From Cyanobacteria bacterium J06626_4 (lineage in GTDB: Bacteria; Cyanobacteriota; Cyanobacteriia; Phormidesmidales; Phormidesmidaceae), in contig JBCBJQ010000049.1 of the NCBI GenBank assembly GCA_038523235.1, forward strand, positions 1 to 42,481: 42,481 nucleotides of DNA, written 5' to 3'. The translations under genes and the position numbers were made by a program. Under the pieces are notes generated by a model that saw only the letters and a program-made list of their open reading frames with translations, was not told the DNA's origin and did no database searches. This document shows, in pieces, positions 1-11,609 of the stretch; positions within the stretch are counted from its first letter, which is position 1, and each line of letters opens with the position of its first letter.

Positions 1-116
1 AAAATCGGAAATGACGGAATTATTCTAATAAAAATATGGGTCATGATTATGACCCGCATCAGCATGAAGGAACGTGTGTGAATAGTCTATGAAAGCTCAC
101 TATCATCGCTTTGCCA

Positions 117-380
117 TCAGAGGGGAAAAGTCGAAGCGATTGCTGTACCATTTATATTCAGAGCATTGGCGTATAGCTTGATGAAGCCCTGAATATAAAT
201 GGCAGGCGGCAGGCAGCTGACATCTCCCATTTCAATGGCCTCTAGTTGATAGACCTGAATTTTTGTTTGTACCGAAATATGATCAATCAGAATCTCCTGT
301 TCTCGGCGAAGTTGGGATAAGTATTGGCCGATTTCTGCGAGTCTGACTTGCTGAAGTATTCTTAGCTCAAGTTTCTCCAT
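117..380 (-). CDS. Stand-alone XRE/HTH_25 (RodZ N-terminal-like) helix-turn-helix protein
   Basis: IGQYLSQLRREQ...ISVQTKI...LEAIEMGD..LP..IYIQGFIKLYANAL follows the RodZ-type HTH pattern; no TM segment or C-terminal domain. Confidence 0.8.
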   Translation of the reverse strand: MEKLELRILQQVRLAEIGQYLSQLRREQEILIDHISVQTKIQVYQLEAIEMGDVSCLPPAIYIQGFIKLYANALNINGTAIASTFPL

Positions 381-720
381 CTAGCATATTTTCCCTAACT
401 ACAGATAATGGGGTAGACTTTTTCATGAAAGGCGACTCAACACCGATTTTTCATGGCTGCCAACACCAATAAACTCAGAGAAGTTATGCTCAGTTAGACC
501 TCAATTTTGCCACCCTGAAATGCTAAGGTCTGGTTCTTACAGAAAGTCATATCAGTAACTGAATGCCAAGGCATATTGATATGAAATGCGGAACAAGTCA
601 ATGTCCCGCATGCAGTCAAAGAAATTCATGAGCGGAACTTCTCTGTCAATATCTAAGCAAATCAAGCAGGAGAAGTAAAGTCGGAAAAATCGGTTTTTTC
701 CAAGTTCACAAAAACGATGA

Positions 721-749
721 AATTGTCGATCTCAAAAAATTCGACAATT
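721..749. terminator. Inverted repeat at the 3' end of the AAA_35 gene, possible terminator
   Basis: AATTGTCGA (721-729) and TCGACAATT (741-749), abutting the minus-strand stop codon. Confidence 0.35.
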
Positions 750-2122
750 TAAAGATCAAGCTGCTGCTGAAAATAGGATCGATAGACTTCACATCCCGGC
801 ATTGCCCGATAGCCATTAATTTTAATGAGCCCTAGGCTTTCCAAGCGATACATCGTAACCGCATCTAACTCTGCACCGGCTTGTGTAGAAACAACTTGAT
901 GCATTGCCTGTGCTAAATTCGGCGATTGTTTGAGGATCGCTAGATAGTTACGCAGATGAGCCCCGTAGATGCCAGAAGGAGTGGCGGCGACTTCGAATAA
1001 CGTGTCTGGTTGTGTCGATTCAGTGACTAGATGATAGAAAAAAACATTGACTAGATAGGGATGGCCGCCCAACATCTCGAAAATTCTTTGAGCCAGCGCC
1101 CTATCAATAGTCTTCAACCCATAATGCTTTGCGAGTTCGGCAACTTGAGCCGCCGTAAACCCTGGCAACTTAATTGCCTGGCCAATATTAAAAGGTGATT
1201 GATGAATTTTTAAGGGCACATAAATTTCGGTGGCATGGGCAATGACCATGCGTAAAGTTTGCCAAATAGAACTCCACCGAGCCTTTTCATGCCAATAACG
1301 CAGCAGCGGAAAAAAGTCCTGAGCAATTTGTGAATGCTGAATAAGTTCCTCAGCTGCAGAAATAATCAGCACAATAGGCTTATGACTTTGCCCTAAAATG
1401 TGCTCTTGGAAGTACAGTTCGCTACTGACTTTGTAGCCCATGGACGAGTCCCAATATGTATCAAGCTCTGGGAAAATGCCGAGTTCTTGACTAACGCGCA
1501 GACAAAACCATTTAAGGAACGTTTCGGTGTTGACGAAGATGGCCTCATCAATCGTTTGCAAGTCTAAATGGGCTGTCTGATATCCTTGCGCTTGTGCCGT
1601 TTGCATAAGGCGGAAAACCAGCGATGTTTTACCCATTTTCCGAGGGGCTTTAACTCTCAGAAAACCGCCAGGACGCTGAATTTCTCGATGGGCAATGTCG
1701 TCATTGGGAGGACGGTCAACATACAGCGGCGAATCTGGCGACAGCGGCCCAGAAGGATAGGGCACTTGAGATAGGGTGTTCTGTGTGACCTCTAAAACTT
1801 CTGATTGCGAGATATCTGCAGCATTGTCAGCCTCAGCAGCGATCTGCTGCATATGCTCCTTCAGCACAAACAACAAACTTTTTTTGGTGACCCGTTGTCC
1901 TAGAACTTGAGAGATCTCACGCCACAACTTATAGCCCGTGTCTTTAAGGTGAGCATCACCATAGCCTGAGTGCCTGGCCATCTGTTCATAAGTTTGTTTG
2001 TTCCAGGTTTGCCCCAAAACAATTCTTTCGGCAGGATTCAGCTTTCGTTTTAGGAATCGATTCTCAATTGACAGCAGGACTTCTTCGGGATCCATGCAAG
2101 AGGTTTCATCAACTAAAATCAT
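749..2122 (-). CDS. AAA_35 (AAA-like) domain protein with N-terminal HTH
   Basis: N-terminal W..QTYEQMA..SGY..HLKD.G.KLW..IS..LG..VTK HTH; PSGPL..DSPLYVDRPP, APRKMGKTS (Walker A), SPFNIG, GGHPYLV and LESLGLI are typical cyanobacterial AAA_35 motifs. Confidence 0.85.
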   Translation of the reverse strand: MILVDETSCMDPEEVLLSIENRFLKRKLNPAERIVLGQTWNKQTYEQMARHSGYGDAHLKDTGYKLWREISQVLGQRVTKKSLLFVLKEHMQQIAAEADNAADISQSEVLEVTQNTLSQVPYPSGPLSPDSPLYVDRPPNDDIAHREIQRPGGFLRVKAPRKMGKTSLVFRLMQTAQAQGYQTAHLDLQTIDEAIFVNTETFLKWFCLRVSQELGIFPELDTYWDSSMGYKVSSELYFQEHILGQSHKPIVLIISAAEELIQHSQIAQDFFPLLRYWHEKARWSSIWQTLRMVIAHATEIYVPLKIHQSPFNIGQAIKLPGFTAAQVAELAKHYGLKTIDRALAQRIFEMLGGHPYLVNVFFYHLVTESTQPDTLFEVAATPSGIYGAHLRNYLAILKQSPNLAQAMHQVVSTQAGAELDAVTMYRLESLGLIKINGYRAMPGCEVYRSYFQQQLDL

Positions 2123-2168
2123 TAGTCAACAGTCGTTAGCGTTATTTTCTGTATATCCAGTGGAGTTT

Positions 2169-2216
2169 TGAAATCGATAGAAGTTGAAATCAATGGAAAC
2201 TGAAATCAATAGAAGT
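2169..2216. repeat. Three tandem imperfect 16-bp repeats
   Basis: TGAAATCGATAGAAGT / TGAAATCAATGGAAAC / TGAAATCAATAGAAGT, upstream of the 749-2122 gene. Confidence 0.8.
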
Positions 2217-2346
2217 AGATAAATAATATAAATTTACGGCACGTGCCATAAGCATTGAGGTGAAGTGAAGTCAACATCAGGAACTCCGAGGAATTACCTA
2301 ATCACCTTCGCACAAAAATCTTGTAACGAACACGACTTCCCGGAAT

Positions 2347-2371
2347 TTTTCCGTCTTTTCCGTCTTTTCCG
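2347..2371. repeat. 9-bp tandem repeat, (TTTTCCGTC)x2 plus TTTTCCG
   Basis: Read directly at 2347-2355, 2356-2364 and 2365-2371. Confidence 0.75.
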
Positions 2372-2532
2372 CTGTCTTCTTTGGTTGAGTCGTCTATTTT
2401 TCGAAAGATTGTTGGATGCGTAGTTTTTTGTTTATACAGATGTTGTTTATGTCTAGACCAATATCATCTTTGTCTAGACTAATTCAAATCTTTTCGATTT
2501 TGACAAATCGGACGATTCAATAAAATCCTATG

Positions 2533-5500
2533 TTATGGGATGCCGTCACAGAGTGCGCGATCGCCCTCAGCAACCTCACTATTCGTTCGCAAATAATCAG
2601 CAATCCAGGCGCAGGCATATTCCAGCTCGTTTAACGCCAACACCTCCTCTAGATTCCATCGGGCCAGGGTGCCATCTTCAGCCACGGTTATCAGTTCTCC
2701 GGTAGCGCTAAATTTTACGTCCTTAAAGCCCGGGCCGTGACCATACAGCGTTTTGATTTTTTCTCCGGCTAGAGACCATAAGATCACCGTATTATCGGCA
2801 CTGGCAGTCGCTAGCATTTGACCATCGGCGCTAAAGTCCACCCCAAAGGTTTCATTGGTATGCCCTTCAAAGGCTCTGACTAAGGTGCCGTCCCAACGCC
2901 ATAGCTTGGCAGTCGAATCGCTACTGGCAGAGGCAAAAAATTGACCATCAGGGCTCACTGAAAGGCCAAAGACAGCCGCATCGTGACCCTTAATCTCATG
3001 GAGCAGCGTGCCGTCAGCCTGAAAAATCTGGAGTGTACCGCTGCCACTAGAGGCCACGAGCCGCTGACCATCGGGGCTAAATTCGACCCGCAGCCCCAGA
3101 TCTTTATTACCCTGAAGCGTTTGAATGAGTTTGCCCGCTGTAGTCCACACCAGAATGCTGCCATCTTCGGCGATGGCAGCGAGCCGCTGACTATCGGGAC
3201 TGAAGCTCACACTCCAGGTTTGTAACTCGTCGGGGCCTTGCAGGTCTTGCAAAAGCTCTCCGGTGGGACTCCAGAGCTGAACAGTACCGTTAGCACCGGC
3301 GGCGGCAATCAGTTGACCATTGGGGCTGTAATCAAACCCAAATAGTGTGTCTTGTCCGGCATCCAGGGTGGCCACGATTTTGCGATCGCGGTTCCAAACA
3401 TAAACGATGGGACTGTCTCCAGAAATGAGACGTTCCCCATCTGGACTGATGGCGATATCCCAGACATCGTCATCCAAAAAGATCGTTTGCAGCAGCGGGG
3501 ATTCCCATTGCCTCAGTTGAGCGGTGCTAGTGCTATCGATCGTCACCATGGTTTGCGCATCGCTGTCGGGAAAGCTAATGCCACGCATATCCCCTGCTGT
3601 TTGGAGTACGCGCCAGGGAGAGCCGTCGATCCCCCGCATCCAGATCGTGCGGTCTAGCCCGGCGGAGGCGATCGCCACACCATCAGGGCTAAAGTCGATA
3701 CCACCGACCCGCTTGGTATGGCCGGCCAACGTTTTCATCAGGGTGCCATCCGGCTGCCAAAGCTGCACCATCCGGTCATCGCCACCGATAGCGACCGTGT
3801 CGCCAGTGGGATCAAACGCTCCACTCCAGAGGCTGCCGCCGCTAGTCGCAGCAGGTAACGTACTCAAAAGCTGCCCGTCAAACGTCCAAACTTTGGCAAT
3901 GTTATCGAGGCCGGTTGAGAGAATCAGCTGCTGGGTGGCATTAACCTCAACTCGCAAAACCCCACTTTGATGTCCAGACAAGGTATTGAGTAAGGTACCG
4001 TCTAGATCCCACACTTTCACCGTTTGGTCAGCCCCGCCTGACAGTAAAACCTCGGTTCCATCACGATGGACACTAAAGATGACATCCCAAGCCGGGCCGG
4101 TGTGAGCCTGAATCGTTCGAACGAATGCTTTATCAGTCGTGTCCCAGAGTTTCAAGCTGCCATCTAAATTAGCGGTTGCCATGAGCGGTCGGTGGGGATG
4201 AAACGCCACGCCATAACTGTCACCGGCATTTTCAAACAGGTGTAATAGCTGACCATCTTGAGCCCAAAGCCTGGCGGTAGCATCTCGACTCGTCGTGCCA
4301 ATCAATTTCCCGTCTGGACTGTAGGCAACCGCGAGAATCGATGTCACATGTCCCGATAGCCGATTACGTTCATTCATCCAATAAACAATCTGATGCAGTG
4401 CGCGATCGGCGGCCGCTTCTAACTCTGGATGCGGCTCGTCCAGAGCCTGGAGATTGCGCTTGGCCTTAATGGCATCCACGAGAGCATCCAGTTCTTGGTG
4501 AGCCGCAAACTGCCCTTCTGCCGATGAAATCAGTGCCTGAACTTCATTCAAACGCGCGGCATGCTCGCTGGCGATCGCCCGCCGATATTGCCAAAATGCC
4601 GCCATTCCCAAGACTGAAACGATGGCCAATGCCCCTGAAGTCATGCCTAAGAGGATCCGCTGTAGACGGGTTGTCCGCTTAGCGGCTGCCGCCTTTTCGA
4701 GGTCGAGCGATCGCTGAATTTCCGCTTGCTCCTGTTCTTGTCCCAGGGCCAAAAAACGATAGTCTAAATCGCTCAAGCTTTTCCCTCTGGCCCAGGCTTG
4801 AGCATCCTGCAATGCCTGCCCTCGCAGCAGTCGCGACTCATCCATTTGTTGGGAGGTGACCCACGCTTCGAACGCTTCGGAATAGGGACGCAGGGCATTG
4901 AGTTGCTTTTGCACCCAAGCTAAATCAAACACACTTTCATAGATGCGATTTTTGCTGTGCAGTTGCCCGGCCTGCTGCACCATCAGGCCACTGAGCAATA
5001 GCTCAATTTGGTCGCGACTGTCGTCAGTGGGGATAGCTTGCCCCTCTAACCAGCGCTGATAAATGCCCAAAAGCCGCCCGGTGCGGCGCTCATCATAGAG
5101 GAGGCGATCGCGAATGGTGCGCAAATGCTCCGGCTCGTCCTGCGATTCCCAATGGCTAAGGATGTGCGATCTCACCACGCTATCCACCCAAAAGTTCTCC
5201 ATTCCAGGGGGAACATTCAGCGGCTCATTCACTGCCGTTTGGCTAGAGGTGACCAGTAATTGACAGACTTTCTGAGTCAAAAAGGGCTGCCCCCCCGTCC
5301 AACTCAATACCGCTTGCAAAATCGCTTGGGTATTGAGCGCTTGAATGTCTAAGCCCTGGGCCAGAGGCATGGCTTCTTCTAAGTTAAAGCCACTTAAGAC
5401 AATGGCACGACCAATGTTAAATGGCGTGCGCTGTTTATCAGTAATCAAATCGGCGGGAGCGGCTACCCCAAAGATGGCAAAGGTCAGTCGTTTGTAGTCC

Positions 5501-6006
5501 GTTTCTACAGCACGGCGGTTGTAGCAAAAGCGAATCAGCGCAAAAAAGTCATCCACGGAAAAGGGCAGATTTAACAGGCTGTCCACCTCGTCCACAAAGA
5601 TAAACAACCGCTGTTTGGGGCATTGCTCCAGCAGCAATTCAATAAACTGACTCAATATTTGGGTTAACGAGAGATGACTGCGCTCATTCCACCAGGTGCG
5701 AATGTCACGAGTGTGGAGATTGAACTGCATCGCCAAAGTGCCCATCATGCCCCGGTACCACTGCTCGGGGGTAATATGGTCGCTGCCAATATTGGTGACA
5801 TCGACCACCGCACAGCGATGCTGCTCTGCCTGCAAGCGATGCCAACTGCGCACCATCAGCGACGACTTGCCCATCTGACGGGAGTTGAAAACGTAGCAAA
5901 ACTCACCCGCTAACAACGCGGTGTAGAGATCTTTATCCGCCTGCCGTTCAATATAAGTGGGGGCATCGTAGTCGAGACTGCCACCGATTTGATAATAGTT
6001 AGCCAT
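2533..6006 (-). CDS. AAA_35 NTPase with TM helix and WD40 repeats (STAND-like)
   Basis: YQIGGSL...[16 protein letters not shown] (Walker A), FIFVDEVD (Walker B), TPFNIG and [11 protein letters not shown]; hydrophobic helix [22 protein letters not shown]; more than a dozen GH...(F/Y)SPDG...W repeats. Confidence 0.92.
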   Translation of the reverse strand: MANYYQIGGSLDYDAPTYIERQADKDLYTALLAGEFCYVFNSRQMGKSSLMVRSWHRLQAEQHRCAVVDVTNIGSDHITPEQWYRGMMGTLAMQFNLHTRDIRTWWNERSHLSLTQILSQFIELLLEQCPKQRLFIFVDEVDSLLNLPFSVDDFFALIRFCYNRRAVETDYKRLTFAIFGVAAPADLITDKQRTPFNIGRAIVLSGFNLEEAMPLAQGLDIQALNTQAILQAVLSWTGGQPFLTQKVCQLLVTSSQTAVNEPLNVPPGMENFWVDSVVRSHILSHWESQDEPEHLRTIRDRLLYDERRTGRLLGIYQRWLEGQAIPTDDSRDQIELLLSGLMVQQAGQLHSKNRIYESVFDLAWVQKQLNALRPYSEAFEAWVTSQQMDESRLLRGQALQDAQAWARGKSLSDLDYRFLALGQEQEQAEIQRSLDLEKAAAAKRTTRLQRILLGMTSGALAIVSVLGMAAFWQYRRAIASEHAARLNEVQALISSAEGQFAAHQELDALVDAIKAKRNLQALDEPHPELEAAADRALHQIVYWMNERNRLSGHVTSILAVAYSPDGKLIGTTSRDATARLWAQDGQLLHLFENAGDSYGVAFHPHRPLMATANLDGSLKLWDTTDKAFVRTIQAHTGPAWDVIFSVHRDGTEVLLSGGADQTVKVWDLDGTLLNTLSGHQSGVLRVEVNATQQLILSTGLDNIAKVWTFDGQLLSTLPAATSGGSLWSGAFDPTGDTVAIGGDDRMVQLWQPDGTLMKTLAGHTKRVGGIDFSPDGVAIASAGLDRTIWMRGIDGSPWRVLQTAGDMRGISFPDSDAQTMVTIDSTSTAQLRQWESPLLQTIFLDDDVWDIAISPDGERLISGDSPIVYVWNRDRKIVATLDAGQDTLFGFDYSPNGQLIAAAGANGTVQLWSPTGELLQDLQGPDELQTWSVSFSPDSQRLAAIAEDGSILVWTTAGKLIQTLQGNKDLGLRVEFSPDGQRLVASSGSGTLQIFQADGTLLHEIKGHDAAVFGLSVSPDGQFFASASSDSTAKLWRWDGTLVRAFEGHTNETFGVDFSADGQMLATASADNTVILWSLAGEKIKTLYGHGPGFKDVKFSATGELITVAEDGTLARWNLEEVLALNELEYACAWIADYLRTNSEVAEGDRALCDGIP

Positions 6007-6101
6007 GCGAGGATTGCATAGGGCTTATGGGAAGAAGTATATGCCAAGCGCCAGGCTCATCACAGCACTATAACGGCAATACTCGTTTCAGAGATCGCGA
6101 C

Positions 6102-6241
6102 TAGGGCCTTTCATCAGTCAAGACAATATGTCAAAGTAGCCCCAACCAAGGAGCCTGTGCATCGCTACGGGTTATGAAAAGACCCATGGGCAGCCATCGA
6201 AGACTTCTCCCGGACGAGGTATTGATGGCGGCGGGACGGCC
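6102..6241 (+). mobile_element. IS5-family (IS427-like) left end with degraded transposase N-terminus
   Basis: TAGGGCCTTTCATCA resembles an IS left end; AAGGAG RBS and GTG at 6157 give VHRYGL*KDPWAAIEDF/PGRGIDGGGTA, resembling the RYxLxDDQWxxIxxLLPGR start of IS5 transposases, with a stop and a frameshift. Confidence 0.55.
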
Positions 6242-6663
6242 ATGGATTTACAGATGCCGATGATGGCTGGCTGTCAAGCGACTCGGCAGATTCGGTATGG
6301 GAAGCAGAAACCAAGTCACCCTCACCCGCAACATCCATCATCGCCCTGACGGCCAGTGTTTTTTAGGGCAAGCGAGCGAGCGTGATGGCCGCTGGCTTGG
6401 ACGATTTATGGTGAAGCCGTTTGAGGAAGCCCGTTTATTAGCCAAGATGACCCAGTACTTGGGGGTTGAGTTTATTTATCAGGGCACGAATCAAGCTACT
6501 GTCAGCCATCCCCACAGCCCGACAAGTTCCCCAATGCTAGAGTCACCTCCTGATTTTTCAGTGGACTTCAAGGCCATGCCGTCTCAGTGACAAGCACAAC
6601 TGTATGAGGCGGCCTGCGGTCTGGAAGGCAAAAAGTGCAGTAGACCTCTTGCCCGAATAAAAT
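6242..6663 (+). pseudogene. Remnant of the C-terminal receiver domain of a hybrid histidine kinase
   Basis: Across frames: MDLQMPMMAGCQATRQIR / SIIALTASVF*(6364)GKRASVMAAGLDD / FMVKPFEEARLLAKMTQYLGVEFIY ... MPSQ*QAQLYEAA; receiver motifs broken by two stops and frameshifts. Confidence 0.85.
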
Positions 6664-6843
6664 AAGGCCCCCTTCCGTCCCCAAAATTTGGAGGTCTAGT
6701 GCCTGATTCAGGAAATTCCCTTGGGACAAGCTGCCCTTGCAGCAAAACTACAGGCATTAGTGGCAAGCTATCAGTTCAACGAGATGATTAAATTGTTGCC
6801 GTAGGAAACTGGACCAAACTTTGCTGAGAGCTGTTGAGCCTCT

Positions 6844-7485
6844 TTAGGCATCGCCTGTATCGGCAAAGGCCACATATCCACCTAGCGAGATCAAGCCGAC
6901 ACCAGTAGCAATGCGCTGTCGCTTTCTGAGTTTGGGACTCGTTCTCAGTTTTTGCCCAATGGGGCCGGCCAAGGTAATCACCACGAGATCGACCAGCGTA
7001 TTCAACAGAACTGAGATACCGCCCAATAGCAAAAATTGCAGAAAGACAATCCCAGCAGGATCGACAAACTGCGGGATGAATGCCAGAAAAAATAGAGCTG
7101 TTTTAGGATTCAAAACTTCAACGGTAATGCCTTGAAAAAAGGCTTTTTGATAACCGACAACGACAGTACCATTTTCGCTGACAAACGCATCTCGGCTGAG
7201 AATTGTCTTAATACCCAGAAAAATCAGATAGGCAGCGCCGAGATACTTGACCAGGCTGAAGGCGATCGCTGAGGTCGCTAACACCACCGAGACGCCTAAA
7301 GCGGCAGCCACGACATGAAATAGGCCGCCCACAGAAGTCCCCATCGCGGAAGCAAATCCTTCGGGTCGGCCTCCCTTTAAACTGCGGGTCATCACATAAA
7401 AGATGCCGGGTCCAGGCGTTATGGCAAGCACAAAAGCTGCACTGATGAATAAACCAAGCGTGGCAAGGTCGGGCATGATCATCAC
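6844..7485 (-). CDS. LysE/RhtB family amino-acid exporter
   Basis: TPGPG, KYLGAAYLIFLG and FFQG..V.VLNPKTALFFLAFIPQF motifs; multiple TM helices. Confidence 0.93.
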   Translation of the reverse strand: MMIMPDLATLGLFISAAFVLAITPGPGIFYVMTRSLKGGRPEGFASAMGTSVGGLFHVVAAALGVSVVLATSAIAFSLVKYLGAAYLIFLGIKTILSRDAFVSENGTVVVGYQKAFFQGITVEVLNPKTALFFLAFIPQFVDPAGIVFLQFLLLGGISVLLNTLVDLVVITLAGPIGQKLRTSPKLRKRQRIATGVGLISLGGYVAFADTGDA

Positions 7486-7615
7486 TCTATATTTGACACC
7501 ATCATTACGATGATTTTATTTGGCAACGCAAATGGTGTGCAGCATTACACTAACTCTCATGAGGCTCACCTTTGCATCGTGATTACTCAACTTTTATGAG
7601 ACGAGCGTGGACGTT

Positions 7616-8752
7616 TTAGGCTCGGGGTTGTTGTTGGGTAGTGCAGTGTATGCCACCCCCACCAGCCGCGATCGCGTCAATATTTAACTGGATGATGTGA
7701 CGCTCAGGATAGAGGTCTTGCAAAATCGACTTTGCCCGACTATCGGCCAAATCATCACCAAATTCTGGAACTATCACCGCTCCATTCACCGCATAAAAAT
7801 TGACATAACCGGCCGCAAAATCATCTGTGGCAAACGTGGGTCGAATTGTTTTAGGGTTTTCCAATACGAGAACTTCTAACTGACGTTCATCAGCATCCGT
7901 CTCAGAGCGGAGAATATCCAAATTTTCTTTGGTAACGGCATGATCAAAGAAGGTCGGATCGGGCTCGTATCCGGCAACAACAACTCCTGGGCGAACGAAA
8001 CGGGCGTAGAAATCAATATGGCCGTCGGTAATGTCTCGCCCTCGAATGCCAGGCAGCCAGATGATCTTGCGTAACCCTAAGAGTGGCTTAAGCCAGGCTT
8101 CAAACTCAGACTTACTCATACCAGGGTTGCGATTACGATTGAGCACGCTACTTTCAGTCATCATGGCCGTGCCGTGACCATCGACTTCAATCGCCCCCCC
8201 TTCTAATATCAGTTGAGTAACAATTTTCTGACGGCCTATTTGTTCAATCACAAACTGAGCAACTTCGGCATCATGGCCATGTTCTTGTTTCTGACCCCAG
8301 CCGTTGAAATTGAAATCAATGCCCCGAAGCTGACCTGGCTCACGCTTGACGAAAACAGGCCCCATATCACGCATCCATAGATCATCTAAAGGACAAGTCA
8401 TTAAGGTGACTGAGGCCCCCAACTTCTGCACAGCCAGCTCGTGTTCTGACTCCCGCACCAACATGTAGACCGGTTCGTAGTCAGCGATTGATTGGGCGAT
8501 GGTGACTAAATTATCTTGAACTGCTGGAAGCAGCTTTGTCCCCCAAATTTTACGGCTCGCCCCAAAGGCCATCCACGTACGTTCATGAGGTTCTGATTCC
8601 TCAGGCATCCACCAAGTTGCCGGGGGCGGAACAGTCTTCATTGTGTTCCAGGTTCCACAACCGGAAAACATCTGACTCGTCAACACAGAACCGGCAAAAG
8701 CCGAAGAAAATTGAATAAATGAGCGCCGGTCGATAGTCACCTTCCCGAGCAT
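7616..8752 (-). CDS. Agmatine deiminase / peptidyl-arginine deiminase family protein with Tat-type signal
   Basis: DDLWMRDMGP, FNFNGWG, EGGAIEVDG.GT, TDGHID, GYVNFY and GGGGIHCTTQQ (catalytic Cys); N-terminal DRRSFI twin-arginine motif and FSGC. Confidence 0.92.
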   Translation of the reverse strand: MLGKVTIDRRSFIQFSSAFAGSVLTSQMFSGCGTWNTMKTVPPPATWWMPEESEPHERTWMAFGASRKIWGTKLLPAVQDNLVTIAQSIADYEPVYMLVRESEHELAVQKLGASVTLMTCPLDDLWMRDMGPVFVKREPGQLRGIDFNFNGWGQKQEHGHDAEVAQFVIEQIGRQKIVTQLILEGGAIEVDGHGTAMMTESSVLNRNRNPGMSKSEFEAWLKPLLGLRKIIWLPGIRGRDITDGHIDFYARFVRPGVVVAGYEPDPTFFDHAVTKENLDILRSETDADERQLEVLVLENPKTIRPTFATDDFAAGYVNFYAVNGAVIVPEFGDDLADSRAKSILQDLYPERHIIQLNIDAIAAGGGGIHCTTQQQPRA

Positions 8753-9084
8753 ACAGCTCAGCTCTCAGAAATCTGCTGCCTAACTCTTATCCGAATCTAC
8801 GCTGTCGAACGATCTACCCCAAACGACATGGATCAACGAATCACTCGCAGTAGATGCCGCTAAACCCGGTAATGTACGACGAGTTGGGCCTCTAGCAGGC
8901 TCACATTCGGCAGAGAGCTGGCAAGTTCATGCCAGTGCTGAATTTTCTCAGCAGGCCGTGCTCCAGTAGGTGCAGGATTAGCAGTCCATCGAATCTTAAA
9001 CGGAGCAAACAAGGTTCAGGTCTGGAAAGACGCGATCGCAATTCCTTTTAGAACGGCGATCGCCCTGGCAATTTGCCAAGTTAC

Positions 9085-11055
<1,971 letters not shown>

Positions 11056-11609
11056 AGGAGTGATGTGAGACGGCGAAATCTGCAGGCAGCTGCTGTTTCA
11101 GCATCCTGTCTTTCAAACCATACTGTGTTTCTGGGGATGGCAAAGTCAGTCTGTGCAATTTTGTAACTTCGACTAAGCGATCGCCGAGATTGAGCGCCGC
11201 TGCTCTACCGAACTATCGCCCACCGAGCCGGTGGGAGGGTCATTAGAATGCTAAAGCCGGGGCAATGCAGTGAATCGCAAGATGCGGAAATTCACGCCCG
11301 TTAATTTCAATTCCGGAAAGAAATCGCCACTCTCTCGACTGTCTACGGCTGGGGTGATCGCCTTCAGCCTCGTTCAACGGTCATTAAAAGTCCTGAGAAC
11401 AGCAGCGAAACTATAGCCCCATCAGCATTTCAGAGAATATCTGTCGAATTTATTGAGCGGAATGGGTACGATCAGAATGTCCACCCAACTGGCACAGCCC
11501 CAAAGAGTGACACAACCTGGTCTTTTCAGAATCGGGTTGCTGGCTAAAGTAGGGTTACTTCGAGAGTTCACCGTTTGCCCCTGACCGGGCGATTTCGAGA
11601 CTCTGTTCC

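Noticed and set aside
2169..2216. Possible CRISPR array (one unit ends AATGGAAAC, like some cyanobacterial repeats)
   Set aside because: The units are 16 bp, directly adjacent, have no spacers, and no cas genes are in the window.
6297..6590. 97-aa ORF as a real gene
   Set aside because: Only its second half is receiver-like; it is one frame of a pseudogene.
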